Notes: generated by a model from the sequence alone, not told the origin. A DNA stretch of 64,000 bases from an uncultured Thiotrichales bacterium (GCA_964614535.1 CAZTOZ010000018.1:15393-79392), one strand, 5' to 3'; counted from the stretch's first letter, positions 10,975-21,650 are shown. Made by a program: numbers and translations.

Positions 10975-11442
10975 ATGAACATTGCCTCCCTCCTCCCGGC
11001 CGACCAGATACTCTGCGGTCCAGAGGCCAGCAGCAAGAAACGGGCGCTGGAACTGCTCAGCGGCCTGTTGGCCAAATCCGCCCCCGACCTCTCCGAAGAA
11101 GAAATCTTCGACGGCCTGCTGCACCGCGAACGTCTGGGCACCACCGGGCTGGGGCGGGGGGTTGCAATCCCCCACACCCGCATCTCCTCACTCGCCAGGC
11201 CGACACTGGCGATGATCAAACTGGACAAGGGCGTCGACTTCGACGCCCCCGACCACGAGCCAGTGGACATACTCTTCGCCCTGGCGGTTCCGGCCGACGA
11301 CAACAGCAGTCACCTCGACGTATTGGCGATGCTGGCGGAAATGCTCGGTCGCCAGACGTTCGTCGATGAACTGCGCAAGACCTACAACTGCGACGCACTC
11401 TATCAGCAGCTCGTGGAGTGGCAGCCCCACATCGCCGCCTGA
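10975..11442 (+). CDS. ptsN: Nitrogen-regulatory PTS EIIA-Ntr (PtsN)
   Basis: ATG at 10975 in the 10789 frame. A PTS EIIA type-2 fold motif is present (GVAIPHTR, with the phosphorylatable His). Located after hpf. Confidence 0.85.
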   Translation: MNIASLLPADQILCGPEASSKKRALELLSGLLAKSAPDLSEEEIFDGLLHRERLGTTGLGRGVAIPHTRISSLARPTLAMIKLDKGVDFDAPDHEPVDILFALAVPADDNSSHLDVLAMLAEMLGRQTFVDELRKTYNCDALYQQLVEWQPHIAA

Positions 11443-11450
11443 GCCACGTC

Positions 11451-12005
11451 ATGCACCTGCACGGCGTCTTCGTCGTCGTCGAAAGCCTCGGCGTACTGCT
11501 TCGCGGCGCCGCCGGCAGCGGCAAGAGCGAGCTGGCGCTGGAGCTGATCCAGCGTGGCCACGCCCTGGTGGCCGACGACGCACCGGCATTCCATCTCGAC
11601 CAGAACGGCCAGGTGATCGGCCACTGCCCAGCGCTGCTGAGGGATTTTCTCGAGATCCGTGGCCTGGGCGTGCTCAATATCCGCCGCCTGTTCGGCGACG
11701 CCGCCATCGTCGATGAACACCGGCTGGACTTCATCATCACCCTCGTTGGCGACGCGACGGCAGCCACCGATCCCGAGCAGCGCCACCTCGCTGGCTGCAT
11801 GGCGACCGAGCGGATACTGGGCCGCACCATCCCCGGCCTGACGCTGGCGATCCCGCCCGGGCGTCATCCGGCGACCTTGGTGGAAACCTCCATTCGTAAC
11901 CACTTGTTGCAACGAAACGGGTATAATTCAGCACAGGACTTTCAGGCGCGCCTGCGCCGCCAGCTGGTGACCGGCGGGCGCCGAGGCAGCAGAGAAGAAG
12001 AATAG
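11451..12005 (+). CDS. hprK: HPr kinase/phosphorylase, short form (C-terminal kinase domain only)
   Basis: A Walker A motif LRGAAGSGKSE is followed by a DD motif (ADDAPAF). About 185 aa, without the N-terminal domain. Located between ptsN and rapZ. Confidence 0.7.
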   Translation: MHLHGVFVVVESLGVLLRGAAGSGKSELALELIQRGHALVADDAPAFHLDQNGQVIGHCPALLRDFLEIRGLGVLNIRRLFGDAAIVDEHRLDFIITLVGDATAATDPEQRHLAGCMATERILGRTIPGLTLAIPPGRHPATLVETSIRNHLLQRNGYNSAQDFQARLRRQLVTGGRRGSREEE

Positions 12006-12054
12006 CCGGGGCGCGGCCTGAAAGCGCACTTCGCCCCGCAGGTGGCCCACATCC

Positions 12055-12918
12055 ATGAAGATAACCATCGTCAGCGGCCTGTCCGGCTCCGGAAAATCCA
12101 TCGCGCTCAATGCGTTCGAGGATGAGGGCTACTACTGCATCGACAATCTGCCGATCTCGCTGCTGGAGACGACGGTGCAGGAGCTTGGCGACAACCTCCC
12201 CGCCGGCTACGACCACATCGCCCTCGGCATCGACGCCCGCTCGGGCGAGCGGGCGCTGCACGATCTGGAGCGGATTCTGGACCGCTTCCGCGAGCAGGGT
12301 TTCGAGGTGTCGCTGATCTATCTTCAGGCCAGCGAGGACGTGCTGATCAAGCGCTACAGCGAGACCCGCCGCAAACATCCATTGACCCACACCGGCCTGC
12401 CGCTGGTGGAGGCGATCCGGGCCGAGCGCGAGATGATGCAGGCAATCGCCGCATTCGCCGATCTGGCCATCGACACCTCGCGGCTCAACGTCCACGAGCT
12501 GAGCCTGCTGGTCAAGGAGCGCACGCCCGGCGGCGACTTCCACGGCGGCCTCTCGCTGCTGATCCAGTCCTTCGGCTTCAAGCACGGCATTCCGCTCGAC
12601 TCCGATTTCATCTTCGACCTGCGCTGCCTGCCAAACCCGCACTGGGAGCCGAAGCTGCGTCCCCACACCGGCCTCGAACCACCGATCATCGAATTTCTGG
12701 AACAGCACGAGGAGGTGGGGCTGATGTTCGAATCGATCCGCGACTTTCTCGATCGCTGGATCCCCAACTTCCGCGCCTGCAACCGCAGCTACGTCACGCT
12801 CTCGGTAGGCTGTACCGGCGGGCGCCACCGCTCGGTCTACATGGCGGAGCGGCTTGCGGCCCATCTGCGCGCACGGCTCGGTGACAGCGTCCACGTCAAG
12901 CATCGGGAGCTGCGATGA
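12055..12918 (+). CDS. rapZ: RNase adapter protein RapZ (YhbJ)
   Basis: A P-loop is present (GLSGSGKS). 287 aa, in the conserved position downstream of ptsN/hprK. Confidence 0.9.
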   Translation: MKITIVSGLSGSGKSIALNAFEDEGYYCIDNLPISLLETTVQELGDNLPAGYDHIALGIDARSGERALHDLERILDRFREQGFEVSLIYLQASEDVLIKRYSETRRKHPLTHTGLPLVEAIRAEREMMQAIAAFADLAIDTSRLNVHELSLLVKERTPGGDFHGGLSLLIQSFGFKHGIPLDSDFIFDLRCLPNPHWEPKLRPHTGLEPPIIEFLEQHEEVGLMFESIRDFLDRWIPNFRACNRSYVTLSVGCTGGRHRSVYMAERLAAHLRARLGDSVHVKHRELR

Positions 12919-13337
12919 CGGTCGGGATACTGGTCATCACTCACGGTCGCATCGGCGAGGAGATGCTGGAGCAGGCCAGCAACACGCTCGGCGTCTGCCC
13001 GCTGGAGACCGAGGCGCTGTCGATCTTTCCCGAATTCAACATCGACGAGATGGACATCATGGCGCGGGTGATCTGCCTGCGCCTGAACAGCGGCGACGGC
13101 GTGCTGGTGCTCACCGACATGTACGGCTCGACGCCGAGCAACATCGCCCGGCGCCTGCTCGACCTGCCGCGGGTCGAGGTGGTCACCGGCATCAACCTGC
13201 CGATGCTGATCCGCATCATGAACTACGCCTCGCTGTCGCTGGAGGAGCTGCGCCAGAAGGCGGTCAGCGGCGGGCACGACGGCATCGTCACCTGCCAGCC
13301 GGAACCCTTGCAAACCGGCCATCTCGGCGGAGGCTGA
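12915..13337 (+). CDS. PTS EIIA component, mannose/fructose family
   Basis: 140 aa. The N-terminal sequence GILVITHGRIGEEML carries the conserved phospho-His of EIIA-Man. Start overlaps the rapZ stop. Confidence 0.75.
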   Translation: MTVGILVITHGRIGEEMLEQASNTLGVCPLETEALSIFPEFNIDEMDIMARVICLRLNSGDGVLVLTDMYGSTPSNIARRLLDLPRVEVVTGINLPMLIRIMNYASLSLEELRQKAVSGGHDGIVTCQPEPLQTGHLGGG

Positions 13338-13343
13338 GCCACA

Positions 13344-13613
13344 TTGATCCGCCGTACCCTCACCATCGTCAACCGACTCGGGCTGCATGCCCGCGCCGCC
13401 GCCCGGCTGGTGGGCCTCACCTCGCAATACCAGTCCAGCATCGAGATCGAACGCAACGGGCGCCGCGTCAACGGCAAGAGCATCATGGGCGTGATGATGC
13501 TGGCCGCCGCCCAGGGCAGCGAGATCACCATCCATGCCGACGGCGCCGACGAGGCCGAAGCGATGGCGGCGATCGAGGCACTGGTCCGGGAGCGCTTCGG
13601 CGAGACGGAATAG
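13344..13613 (+). CDS. ptsH: Phosphocarrier protein HPr/NPr
   Basis: 89 aa. His15 is present (LGLHARAAARL), and Ser46 in the motif GKSIMGVMML. Confidence 0.8.
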   Translation: MIRRTLTIVNRLGLHARAAARLVGLTSQYQSSIEIERNGRRVNGKSIMGVMMLAAAQGSEITIHADGADEAEAMAAIEALVRERFGETE

Positions 13614-13695
13614 CTCTCGCTTCTTTACCCCTCCACCGAATCTCTGTAACCTCGCCGGACTTCGATCACGGCATCTCCCCCATTTTCCGATTCCT

Positions 13696-15051
13696 ATGGA
13701 AGCAACGCTGCAACATCAACCGGAAACCCAGCGCCAGCGGCTGACCGAGCTGCTGCGCAGCGGCCGGCTGACCCCGATCCGGCGGATGTTGAATGCGCTC
13801 CATCCGGCCGAGATCGCGCACCTGCTGGAATCGCTGCCACCCACCGAGCGGCGGCTGATCTGGAGCATCGTCGAGCCGGAAGTGCGCGGCGAGGTACTGG
13901 TGCTGCTGGGCCAGTCGGTGATGGACGACCTGACCGACGAGATGGCGGTGGAGGAGTTCGTCACCGCGGCCGAACACATGGACACCGACGACCTGGCCGA
14001 CCTGCTGCAGGATCTGCCGGATCGCGTCACTCAGCAGATTCTGCGGGCCATGGACCAGCAGGACCGGGAGCGGCTGGAGTCGGTGCTGGCCTACGGCGAG
14101 GACACCGCCGGCGGCTTGATGAACACCGACACCGTCACCGTCCGCGCCGACGTGACGCTGGAGGTGGTGTTCCGCTACCTGCGGCTGCGTGGGGAGCTGC
14201 CGCCCAATACCGACAGCCTGTTCGTCGTCAACCGCTACGAGAAGCTGCTCGGCACGTTGCCGCTGACGACCCTGGTCACCTCCGACGCCGACAGGATGGT
14301 GGCCGAGGTGATGCCGGAGGACATCATCAGCATCAATGTCGATACACCGGCCGCCGAGGTGGCGCAGCTGTTCGAGATCCACGACCTCATCACGGCGCCG
14401 GTGGTGGACGACGACGGCAAGCTGCTCGGCCGCATCACGGTCGACGACGTCGTCGACGTGATCCGCGACGAAGCCGAACACAACCTGCTCAGTCAGGCCG
14501 GCCTGAGCGAGGAGGACGACGTCTTCGCACCCGTCTGGAAGAGTACCCGCCGGCGCGCACTGTGGCTCGGCATCAACCTGCTGACGGCGCTGCTGGCCGC
14601 CTGGGTCATCGGCAACTTCCAGGCGACGCTGGAGAAGGTGGTCGCCCTGGCGGTGCTGATGCCGATCGTCGCCAGCATGGGCGGCATCGCCGGCACGCAG
14701 ACCTTGACGCTGATGATCCGCGGGCTGGCGCTCGATCAGATCGGCGCGCAAAACACCTCGTGGCTGCTGTTCAAGGAGATCTCGGTCGGCCTGCTCAACG
14801 GCCTGATCTGGTCGGCGGTGGTCGCCGGCATCACCATCGTCTGGTTCGGCAGCTGGCAGATCGGCGGCATCATCGCCGCCGCGCTGATCATCAACCTGGT
14901 CTGCGCCGCGCTGGCCGGCGTCGTCATCCCGCTGGTGATGGAGAAACTCCACATCGACCCTGCGCTGGCCGGCGGCGTGGTGCTGACCACCGTCACCGAC
15001 GTCGTCGGCTTTCTCACCTTTCTCGGGCTGGCAACACTGCTGCTCACCTGA
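13696..15051 (+). CDS. mgtE: Magnesium transporter MgtE
   Basis: ATG at 13696. An N-terminal MgtE-N domain is followed by tandem CBS domains and a C-terminal 5-TM domain. The C-terminus (DVVGFLTFLGLATLLL) is typical of MgtE. Confidence 0.85.
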   Translation: MEATLQHQPETQRQRLTELLRSGRLTPIRRMLNALHPAEIAHLLESLPPTERRLIWSIVEPEVRGEVLVLLGQSVMDDLTDEMAVEEFVTAAEHMDTDDLADLLQDLPDRVTQQILRAMDQQDRERLESVLAYGEDTAGGLMNTDTVTVRADVTLEVVFRYLRLRGELPPNTDSLFVVNRYEKLLGTLPLTTLVTSDADRMVAEVMPEDIISINVDTPAAEVAQLFEIHDLITAPVVDDDGKLLGRITVDDVVDVIRDEAEHNLLSQAGLSEEDDVFAPVWKSTRRRALWLGINLLTALLAAWVIGNFQATLEKVVALAVLMPIVASMGGIAGTQTLTLMIRGLALDQIGAQNTSWLLFKEISVGLLNGLIWSAVVAGITIVWFGSWQIGGIIAAALIINLVCAALAGVVIPLVMEKLHIDPALAGGVVLTTVTDVVGFLTFLGLATLLLT

Positions 15052-15213
15052 GACGGCGGCAGCCGCTCACACATTCCCCGTCCCCACCATTCCGACGCGC
15101 CGCCGGCGTGACCCGTGCCCCCCCTCTTCCACGGCACGGCCCGTAGGATTCGCACCCCATACGAAGAAACAGGAACCGATGCCACCGGACCGGCATCGTC
15201 AGGGAGAGAAGCC

Positions 15214-15435
15214 ATGGAAGGAATCGGAAGCAGGAAGCGGCTCGTGCTGGCCGCCATCATCACGGTCGTCACGCTGCTGAGCGTTCGACACACGCTCGCC
15301 GGGCAACAGACGACGCCACCACCGAATACCGAGGTCGAGACCGCGCCGACCCCGTCGAAACCCGCCATCTGGATCATGGGCTCGATTCTGGCGGGATTGG
15401 TGGGCTCGACCCGCTTCGGCGCCGGCCGGCGCTGA
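15214..15435 (+). CDS. Hypothetical small membrane protein (73 aa)
   Basis: A strong Shine-Dalgarno sequence (AGGGAGAGAAGCC) precedes the ATG. Two hydrophobic segments flank a Pro/Thr-rich linker. No homology recognized. Confidence 0.3.
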   Translation: MEGIGSRKRLVLAAIITVVTLLSVRHTLAGQQTTPPPNTEVETAPTPSKPAIWIMGSILAGLVGSTRFGAGRR

Positions 15436-15439
15436 CGGG

Positions 15440-16003
15440 TCAGGTCTTGGGCAGCGTGACGCCGCGTTGCCCCATGTACTTCCCTCCCCGGTCCTTGTAC
15501 GAGGTTTCACAATCCTCGTCGGATTCGAGGAACAGCATCTGCGCCACGCCTTCGTTGGCATAGATTTTCGCCGGCAGCGGCGTGGTGTTGGAGAACTCCA
15601 GCGTCACATGCCCCTCCCACTCCGGCTCCAGCGGCGTGACATTGACGATGATGCCACAACGAGCATAGGTAGACTTGCCCAGGCAGATGGTGAGCACGCG
15701 GCGCGGAATACGGAAGTACTCGACCGTGCGCGCCAACGCAAAGGAGTTGGGCGGGATGATGCAGACATCCGACTTCACATCGACGAAGCTGTCCTCGTCG
15801 AAGGCCTTGGGGTCGACGATGGCCGAATTGATATTGGTGAAGATCTTGAACTCGTCGGCGCAGCGCACGTCGTAGCCATAGCTCGACGTGCCGTAGGAGA
15901 CGATCCTGCGCCCGTCCACCTTGCGGATCTGGCCAGGCTCGAAGGGCTCGATCATCCCCTGCTCGGCGGCGCGGCGAATCCAGGAATCGGGTTTGATGCT
16001 CAT
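15440..16003 (-). CDS. dcd: dCTP deaminase
   Basis: The sequence [11 protein letters not shown]...GYDVRC...[19 protein letters not shown] matches Dcd. The start is taken at the internal Met that gives about 188 aa. Confidence 0.9.
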   Translation of the reverse strand: MSIKPDSWIRRAAEQGMIEPFEPGQIRKVDGRRIVSYGTSSYGYDVRCADEFKIFTNINSAIVDPKAFDEDSFVDVKSDVCIIPPNSFALARTVEYFRIPRRVLTICLGKSTYARCGIIVNVTPLEPEWEGHVTLEFSNTTPLPAKIYANEGVAQMLFLESDEDCETSYKDRGGKYMGQRGVTLPKT

Positions 16004-16101
16004 GGGTCGATCGGGTGTCGGCGATGGGGAGCGCAAGACTACACCATCGGGCCGGAACTGACGAGGGACGGCGGGGCGGACGCCCCGCCGCGGCAACGGA
16101 G

Positions 16102-17193
16102 TCAGGTGTTCTGAATGACGATCTTCGGAAACTTGGCTTTGTAGTCCTTGGCCTGGGACGCCAGCTTGGCCGCGGTGCGGCGGGCGATGTCGCGGTAGGC
16201 CCGGGCGATCTTCCCTTCCGGGTCGGCGACGACGGTCGGGTTGCCGCTGTCGGCCTGCTCACGGATATGGATGTCCAGCGGCAACGACCCGAGCAGATCG
16301 ACGTCGTGCTCCTTGGCCATGCGCTCGCCACCGCCGGCACCGAAGATATGCTCCTCGTGCCCACACTGGCTGCAGATATGGGTGCTCATGTTCTCGACGA
16401 TGCCGAGCACCGTGACTTCCACCTTCTCGAACATCTTCAGCCCCTTGCGGGCATCCAGCAGCGCAATGTCCTGCGGCGTGGTGACGATGACCGCGCCGGA
16501 GACCGGGATCTTCTGCGATAGCGTCAGCTGGGTGTCGCCGGTGCCCGGCGGCATGTCGATGACGAGGTAGTCGAGGTCGTTCCACTGGGTGTCCGAGAGC
16601 AGCTGCTCCAGCGCTTGGGTGACCATCGGCCCACGCCAGATCATCGGCGTGTCCTCTTCGATCAGAAAACCGATCGACATGGCCTGAATGCCGTGGTTCT
16701 CCATCGGCTGCAGCGAATTGCCGTCGGTGGAGGTGGGCTGACCGGTGATACCGAGCATCCGCGGAATGCTCGGGCCGTAGATATCGGCATCGAGCACGCC
16801 GACACGCGCGCCCTCGGCGGCCAGCGCCAGCGCCAGATTGACGGTGGTGGTGGACTTGCCGACGCCACCCTTGCCGGAAGCGACGGCGATGATGTTCTTG
16901 ACGTTTGGCAGCGGGCTGAGGTTCTTCTGTACGGCATGGCTGACGATCTTCCAGCCCACCTCCACATCGACGCGGTCGACACCATCGAGCGCCCGCACCT
17001 TTTCGGTGATCTCCCTGGCCAGCTCATCGACGACGCCCTTGGCGGGATAGCCGAGCTCGACCTTGATGGAGACCGCGCCGCCATCGATGTCGATGGACTT
17101 GACCGCCTTGCTGGAAACGATGTCCTTCTCCCCGTAAGGGTCCTTGACCCCCTTGAGAGCCTCTTCGATCTGAGCCTGAGTGATTTCAGCCAT
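16102..17193 (-). CDS. apbC: Fe-S cluster carrier ATPase ApbC/Mrp
   Basis: An N-terminal DUF59-like region is followed by a P-loop ([13 protein letters not shown]) and a CxxC motif (CSQCGHE). 363 aa. Confidence 0.9.
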   Translation of the reverse strand: MAEITQAQIEEALKGVKDPYGEKDIVSSKAVKSIDIDGGAVSIKVELGYPAKGVVDELAREITEKVRALDGVDRVDVEVGWKIVSHAVQKNLSPLPNVKNIIAVASGKGGVGKSTTTVNLALALAAEGARVGVLDADIYGPSIPRMLGITGQPTSTDGNSLQPMENHGIQAMSIGFLIEEDTPMIWRGPMVTQALEQLLSDTQWNDLDYLVIDMPPGTGDTQLTLSQKIPVSGAVIVTTPQDIALLDARKGLKMFEKVEVTVLGIVENMSTHICSQCGHEEHIFGAGGGERMAKEHDVDLLGSLPLDIHIREQADSGNPTVVADPEGKIARAYRDIARRTAAKLASQAKDYKAKFPKIVIQNT

Positions 17194-17312
17194 GCGCGCG
17201 TGCCTCCCGGCAAGAGTTGTGTGAACGACAGGCGAGGGATTCTACACCAAGGCCAAGCGACACCAAATTGACATATCGAAATACGGGTTGAGTGGTCGCG
17301 CCAGCGCCGCGC

Positions 17313-19568
17313 TCAATGCTTGCCGGCACGCACCAGCGCACCGAGGCCGGCATCGACCAGCGCCTCGTTGAGCAGATTGCGAACGCTGACGGGATCGAGC
17401 AGCGCCCGCGCCTGTTCGAAGATCTCGCCGGCGCGCTGGCGGGAAAAACTGCGAATCACCCATTTGATCCGCGGCAGGCTGGCGACGCTGACGCTGAGGC
17501 TGTCGACACCGGCGCCGAGCAGCAGCAGCATCGAGGCCGGATCGCTGGCCATCTCGCCGCAGACCGAGACGGGACGCCCCGCCCGATGGGCACCATCGAC
17601 GATCGCCTCGATGGCGCAGAGCACCGCCGGATGGTCATCGTGGTAGAGCTCGGCGACACGGGTGTTGTTGCGATCCACCGCGAGCAGATACTGCACCAGA
17701 TCGTTGGTGCCGATGCTGAGGAAATCCACCTTTCGCGCCAGATGCTCGGCCAGGTAGACGGCCGATGGTACCTCGATCATCACCCCGGTGCGCGGCATCG
17801 GGGTTTCGATCCCCTCCTCCGCCAGCTCCTGTCTGGCGCGGGCCAGCAGTTGCAGCGCTTCCTCCAACTCCCCCATCGAGCCGATCATCGGGAACAACAC
17901 GTGGAGATTGGCGGTGGCGCGGCTGGCCTGCAGCATCGCCCGCAACTGGGTGAGGAAGATGTCGGGGTGATCGAGCGATATGCGGATGCCGCGATAGCCA
18001 AGGAAAGGATTGTCTTCGACGATGGGAAAGTAGCTCAGGGCCTTGTCGCCACCGACGTCCAGCGTCCGCAGCGTCACCGGATGGGCCGGAAACGACCGCA
18101 ACACCCGTTCGTAGATGCCGGCCTGCTCCACCTCGCCGGGAAAACGCTCGCGCGCCATGAACGGCAGTTCGGTGCGATAGAGACCGATACCGTCGGCCAT
18201 CGAGCGATGCGCCGGCATCAGGTCGGACTTGAGGCCGCTGTTGATATAGACCGGGATGGTATGGCCATCGAGAGTGATCGCCGGGCGCGTCGCCTCGCTC
18301 CACAGCCCCTGGGTCAGCTCATTCTCCTCCCGGGCGAGCCGTTCGAACTCGCGACGGATGATCTTCTCCGGCCGCAGGTAGATGCTGCCCTGGTAGCCAT
18401 CGACGATCACCTCCAGCCCGTCGATGCGGCTCACCGGCAGATCGGTGGCCCCCATCACCGCCGGAACGCCGAGCGCCCGCGCCAGAATCGCCACGTGGGA
18501 GGATCCCGAACCGGAGGTGCAGATCAGGCCGGCCAGCTTCTCGGCCGGCACCTCGGCCAGTTGCGACGCGGAGATGTCCCGCCCCACCAGAATCGTGTCA
18601 TCGACGAAGCGTGGCCGCTTGTGCCCGTCGGTGAGCAGCTGCTCCAGGATCCGCCGCCCCAGATCCTGGATATCGGTGGCGCGCTCGCGCAGGTAGTCGT
18701 CCTCCATCTCGTCGAAATAGCGCTGATATTCGAGAAAGGTCGCCCGCAACGCGCCCGGCGCCCAGTTGCCCTCCTCGATACGCGCCACCGCGCCATCGAT
18801 CAGCGAGCTGCTGGAGAGCATCATCAGATAGGCATCGAACAGCGCCTGATCCTCGGCCGGCAGCTTGCCGTCCAGCTCCGCCTTGATGCGCCGCAGATCG
18901 GCCTCGACCCGCGCCACCGCCTCGCGGAACAGCGCCACCTCCTGCTCGATCGAATCGGCCTTGCGGTCCGGCACCGCGGCCAGCTCGGTATCGGGGAACA
19001 CCACCACCGCCGTGCCGATGCCGATCCCGGGCGAGCCGGCGATACCACTGACGAGAATGTTGCGGCCGACGTCCCGCACCTCCCCGCTGCCCAGCTCGCC
19101 AGAGATCTCGGCACTGCTGATGACCCCGGCCAGCTGCGCCGCCAGCGTCACGAGAAAGGCGACATGATCCTCCTGGAAGCGGTGTTCCCCCAACGACTGC
19201 ACCACCAGCACACCGAGCAGCCGCCGCCGGTGCAGAATCGGCACCGCCAGAAACGACCTGAACGGCTGCTCGCCGGAACCGGGGAAACGACGATAGCGGG
19301 AGTGGGTGGTGACATCGTCCAGCAGCACCGGCTCGGCCCGCTCGGCCGCCAGCGCCACCACGCCCTCGTACTGCTGCAGGTGGGCCCCTTCCGGCAGACC
19401 GGCGCTGGCCATCAACGTCAGCTGCTCGTTCTGCGGCCGCAACAGATAGACCGACGAGACATCGACGCCGAGCGCCTCGCGGACCCGCAGGGCGATCAGT
19501 TCGAGAACGTTCGAAAGCCCTTCGGCCTGCGTTGCTTCCTGAACGATGCGGCGAAGGATGAAGAGCAT
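17313..19568 (-). CDS. ptsP: Phosphoenolpyruvate-protein phosphotransferase EI-Ntr (PtsP) with N-terminal GAF domain
   Basis: 751 aa. An N-terminal GAF-like region is followed by a PEP-utilizing enzyme region with the phospho-His region (GSGSSHVAILARALGVPAV) and a C-terminal TIM barrel. Located downstream of rppH, as in the E. coli rppH-ptsP arrangement. Confidence 0.9.
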   Translation of the reverse strand: MLFILRRIVQEATQAEGLSNVLELIALRVREALGVDVSSVYLLRPQNEQLTLMASAGLPEGAHLQQYEGVVALAAERAEPVLLDDVTTHSRYRRFPGSGEQPFRSFLAVPILHRRRLLGVLVVQSLGEHRFQEDHVAFLVTLAAQLAGVISSAEISGELGSGEVRDVGRNILVSGIAGSPGIGIGTAVVVFPDTELAAVPDRKADSIEQEVALFREAVARVEADLRRIKAELDGKLPAEDQALFDAYLMMLSSSSLIDGAVARIEEGNWAPGALRATFLEYQRYFDEMEDDYLRERATDIQDLGRRILEQLLTDGHKRPRFVDDTILVGRDISASQLAEVPAEKLAGLICTSGSGSSHVAILARALGVPAVMGATDLPVSRIDGLEVIVDGYQGSIYLRPEKIIRREFERLAREENELTQGLWSEATRPAITLDGHTIPVYINSGLKSDLMPAHRSMADGIGLYRTELPFMARERFPGEVEQAGIYERVLRSFPAHPVTLRTLDVGGDKALSYFPIVEDNPFLGYRGIRISLDHPDIFLTQLRAMLQASRATANLHVLFPMIGSMGELEEALQLLARARQELAEEGIETPMPRTGVMIEVPSAVYLAEHLARKVDFLSIGTNDLVQYLLAVDRNNTRVAELYHDDHPAVLCAIEAIVDGAHRAGRPVSVCGEMASDPASMLLLLGAGVDSLSVSVASLPRIKWVIRSFSRQRAGEIFEQARALLDPVSVRNLLNEALVDAGLGALVRAGKH

Positions 19569-19572
19569 CGGA

Positions 19573-20076
19573 TCAGGGCGAGGCGAGATCCGGTGCCGGA
19601 CGCACCCCCTCGATCGCGGGGGCGAGTTCTTTCAGGGCGCGGTAGTAGACATCGCGCTTGAAGAAGACCACCTCTTCCACCGGCAGCCAGTAGTCCACCC
19701 AGCGCCAGCCATCGAATTCCGGCTGGGCTGTGGTATCGAAACACACCTCCCCTTCGTCGCACTCCATCCGCAGCAGAAACCAGCGCTGCTTCTGGCCGAT
19801 GCACAGCGGGCGGGAATCGCGGCGCAGCAGATGCTTGGGCAACCGGTACCGCAACCAGTCCCGGGTCGACGCCATGACGGTGACATGCTCCGGTGACAGC
19901 CCGATCTCCTCGCGCAGTTCGCGGTACATCGCCTCCTCCGGCGTCTCGTGCGCACGAATGCCGCCCTGCGGGAACTGCCAGGCCCGCTGACCGATGCGTT
20001 TGGCCCAGAAGACCTCACCCCGCCGATTGGACAGGATGATGCCTACATTGGCTCTGAAACCTTCTTCATCAATCAC
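19573..20076 (-). CDS. rppH: RNA pyrophosphohydrolase RppH (NudH)
   Basis: The Nudix box ([23 protein letters not shown]) is present. The likely start is GTG ([12 protein letters not shown]..., cf. E. coli MIDDDGYRPNVG). The start is uncertain. Confidence 0.8.
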   Translation of the reverse strand: MIDEEGFRANVGIILSNRRGEVFWAKRIGQRAWQFPQGGIRAHETPEEAMYRELREEIGLSPEHVTVMASTRDWLRYRLPKHLLRRDSRPLCIGQKQRWFLLRMECDEGEVCFDTTAQPEFDGWRWVDYWLPVEEVVFFKRDVYYRALKELAPAIEGVRPAPDLASP

Positions 20077-20196
20077 TGTATGCGCCTGTTTTAGCAGAAC
20101 TATTTTCCATCCGGGACAGAGCAATTCTTCCACAAGGGTTTTGATCCGGCAAACCGGCCTTATAATGCTCCGCGATCCATTCGAGGATAACACAAC

Positions 20197-20850
20197 ATGC
20201 CCCTGGCACTTTTTGACCTGGACAACACATTACTCGCCGGCGACAGCGACTACGCCTGGGGCCAGTATCTGGTCGAGCGCGGCATCGTCGATGGCGATCG
20301 CTACGAGGCAGCCAACCAGCGCTTCTACGACCTCTACCGGAAAGGCGAACTCGACATCTACGAATTCACCCGCTTCGCCTTCACCCCGCTGAAGGAGAAC
20401 GACTACCACCAGCTGCTCCAGTGGCGCGCCGAATTCATCGCCGAAAAGATCCGGCCGATGATGCTGGAGAAGGGCCGCCAAGCGATCGACGAACACCACG
20501 AACGGGGCGACACCGTCATCGTCATCACCGCCACCAACCGCTTCGTCACCGCGCCGATCGCCGCCGCCTTCGGCGTCAAGCACCTGATCGCCACGGTGCC
20601 GGCGATGCGCGAGGGTCGCTTCACCGGCGAGGTGGAGGGCACACCCTGTTTCCAGCAGGGCAAGGTGGCCCGGCTCGAGGCGTGGCTCGAGGCCAACGAC
20701 GCCTCGCTCGACGGCAGCACCTTCTACAGCGACTCCCACAACGACCTGCCGCTGCTCGAACTGGTGGAGAACCCGGTGGCGGTGGATGCCGACGAAACCC
20801 TCACCGAGACCGCCCGCCAACGCGGCTGGCCCGTGATCTCTTTCCGATGA
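20197..20850 (+). CDS. HAD-IB family hydrolase
   Basis: The HAD motif I is present ([11 protein letters not shown]), with a capped HAD architecture. 217 aa. Confidence 0.7.
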   Translation: MPLALFDLDNTLLAGDSDYAWGQYLVERGIVDGDRYEAANQRFYDLYRKGELDIYEFTRFAFTPLKENDYHQLLQWRAEFIAEKIRPMMLEKGRQAIDEHHERGDTVIVITATNRFVTAPIAAAFGVKHLIATVPAMREGRFTGEVEGTPCFQQGKVARLEAWLEANDASLDGSTFYSDSHNDLPLLELVENPVAVDADETLTETARQRGWPVISFR

Positions 20851-21650
20851 ACGACACGGCCACCGTACCCGTCACCCTGGTCTTCGCCGGCCTCGACCCC
20901 ACCGGTGGCGCTGGCCTGCAGGCCGACATCGAGGCCATCGCCAGCATGGGCGGCCATGCCGCCACCGTCGCCACCTGTCTGACGGTGCAGAACACCAGCG
21001 AGGTGATCGAAGTGGCGCCGGTCGGGCCGGCACTGCTGGCCGAACAGGCCCGCGCGGTGCTGGAGGACATCCCGGTGGCCAGCATCAAGCTTGGCCTGCT
21101 GCCCGACACCGGCGTGGTCGAGGCGGTCCACACCATTCTGACCGACTATCCGACGCTGCCAGTGGTGCTCGATCCGGTACTGGCCTCCGGCAGCGGCAAG
21201 CACCTGAGCAACGACGCGGTCGTCGATGCCATCCTCGAGCTGCTGCTCCCGCAGACCACCATCGTCACCCCCAACAGCCTCGAGGCCCGTCGTCTCGCCC
21301 CCGGCGCCGATTCGCTCGACGCCTGCGCGATGGCGCTGCTGGAACGCGGCTGCGACCAGGTGCTGATCACCGGCACCCACGAAGAGACACGCGACGTGGT
21401 CAATACGCTCTACGGCAACCACCGCAAGCTGGACGAATACCACTGGGAACGGCTGGACGGGGAGTATCACGGCTCCGGCTGTACGCTGGCATCGGCCATC
21501 GCCGCATTGCTCGCGCAGGGCAGCGAGGTCGCCGGCATCATCGAGGAGGCGCAACGCTACACCTGGCAGGCTCTCCGACACGGCCGCCACGTCGGCATGG
21601 GACAGAAACTCCCGTACCGCCTCTACTGGACCGGCGAACGCCATGGCTGA
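20847..21650 (+). CDS. thiD: Hydroxymethylpyrimidine/phosphomethylpyrimidine kinase ThiD
   Basis: ATG at 20847, in an ATGA overlap with the preceding stop. The sequence matches a PfkB-like ThiD (VLVFAGLDPTGGAGLQADI...). 267 aa. Confidence 0.85.
   Translation: MNDTATVPVTLVFAGLDPTGGAGLQADIEAIASMGGHAATVATCLTVQNTSEVIEVAPVGPALLAEQARAVLEDIPVASIKLGLLPDTGVVEAVHTILTDYPTLPVVLDPVLASGSGKHLSNDAVVDAILELLLPQTTIVTPNSLEARRLAPGADSLDACAMALLERGCDQVLITGTHEETRDVVNTLYGNHRKLDEYHWERLDGEYHGSGCTLASAIAALLAQGSEVAGIIEEAQRYTWQALRHGRHVGMGQKLPYRLYWTGERHG

Noticed and set aside
17292-19661. 789-aa plus-strand ORF antisense to ptsP, and many 100 to 250 aa shadow ORFs throughout
   Set aside because: High-GC shadow ORFs. The opposite-strand gene has clear domain signatures.
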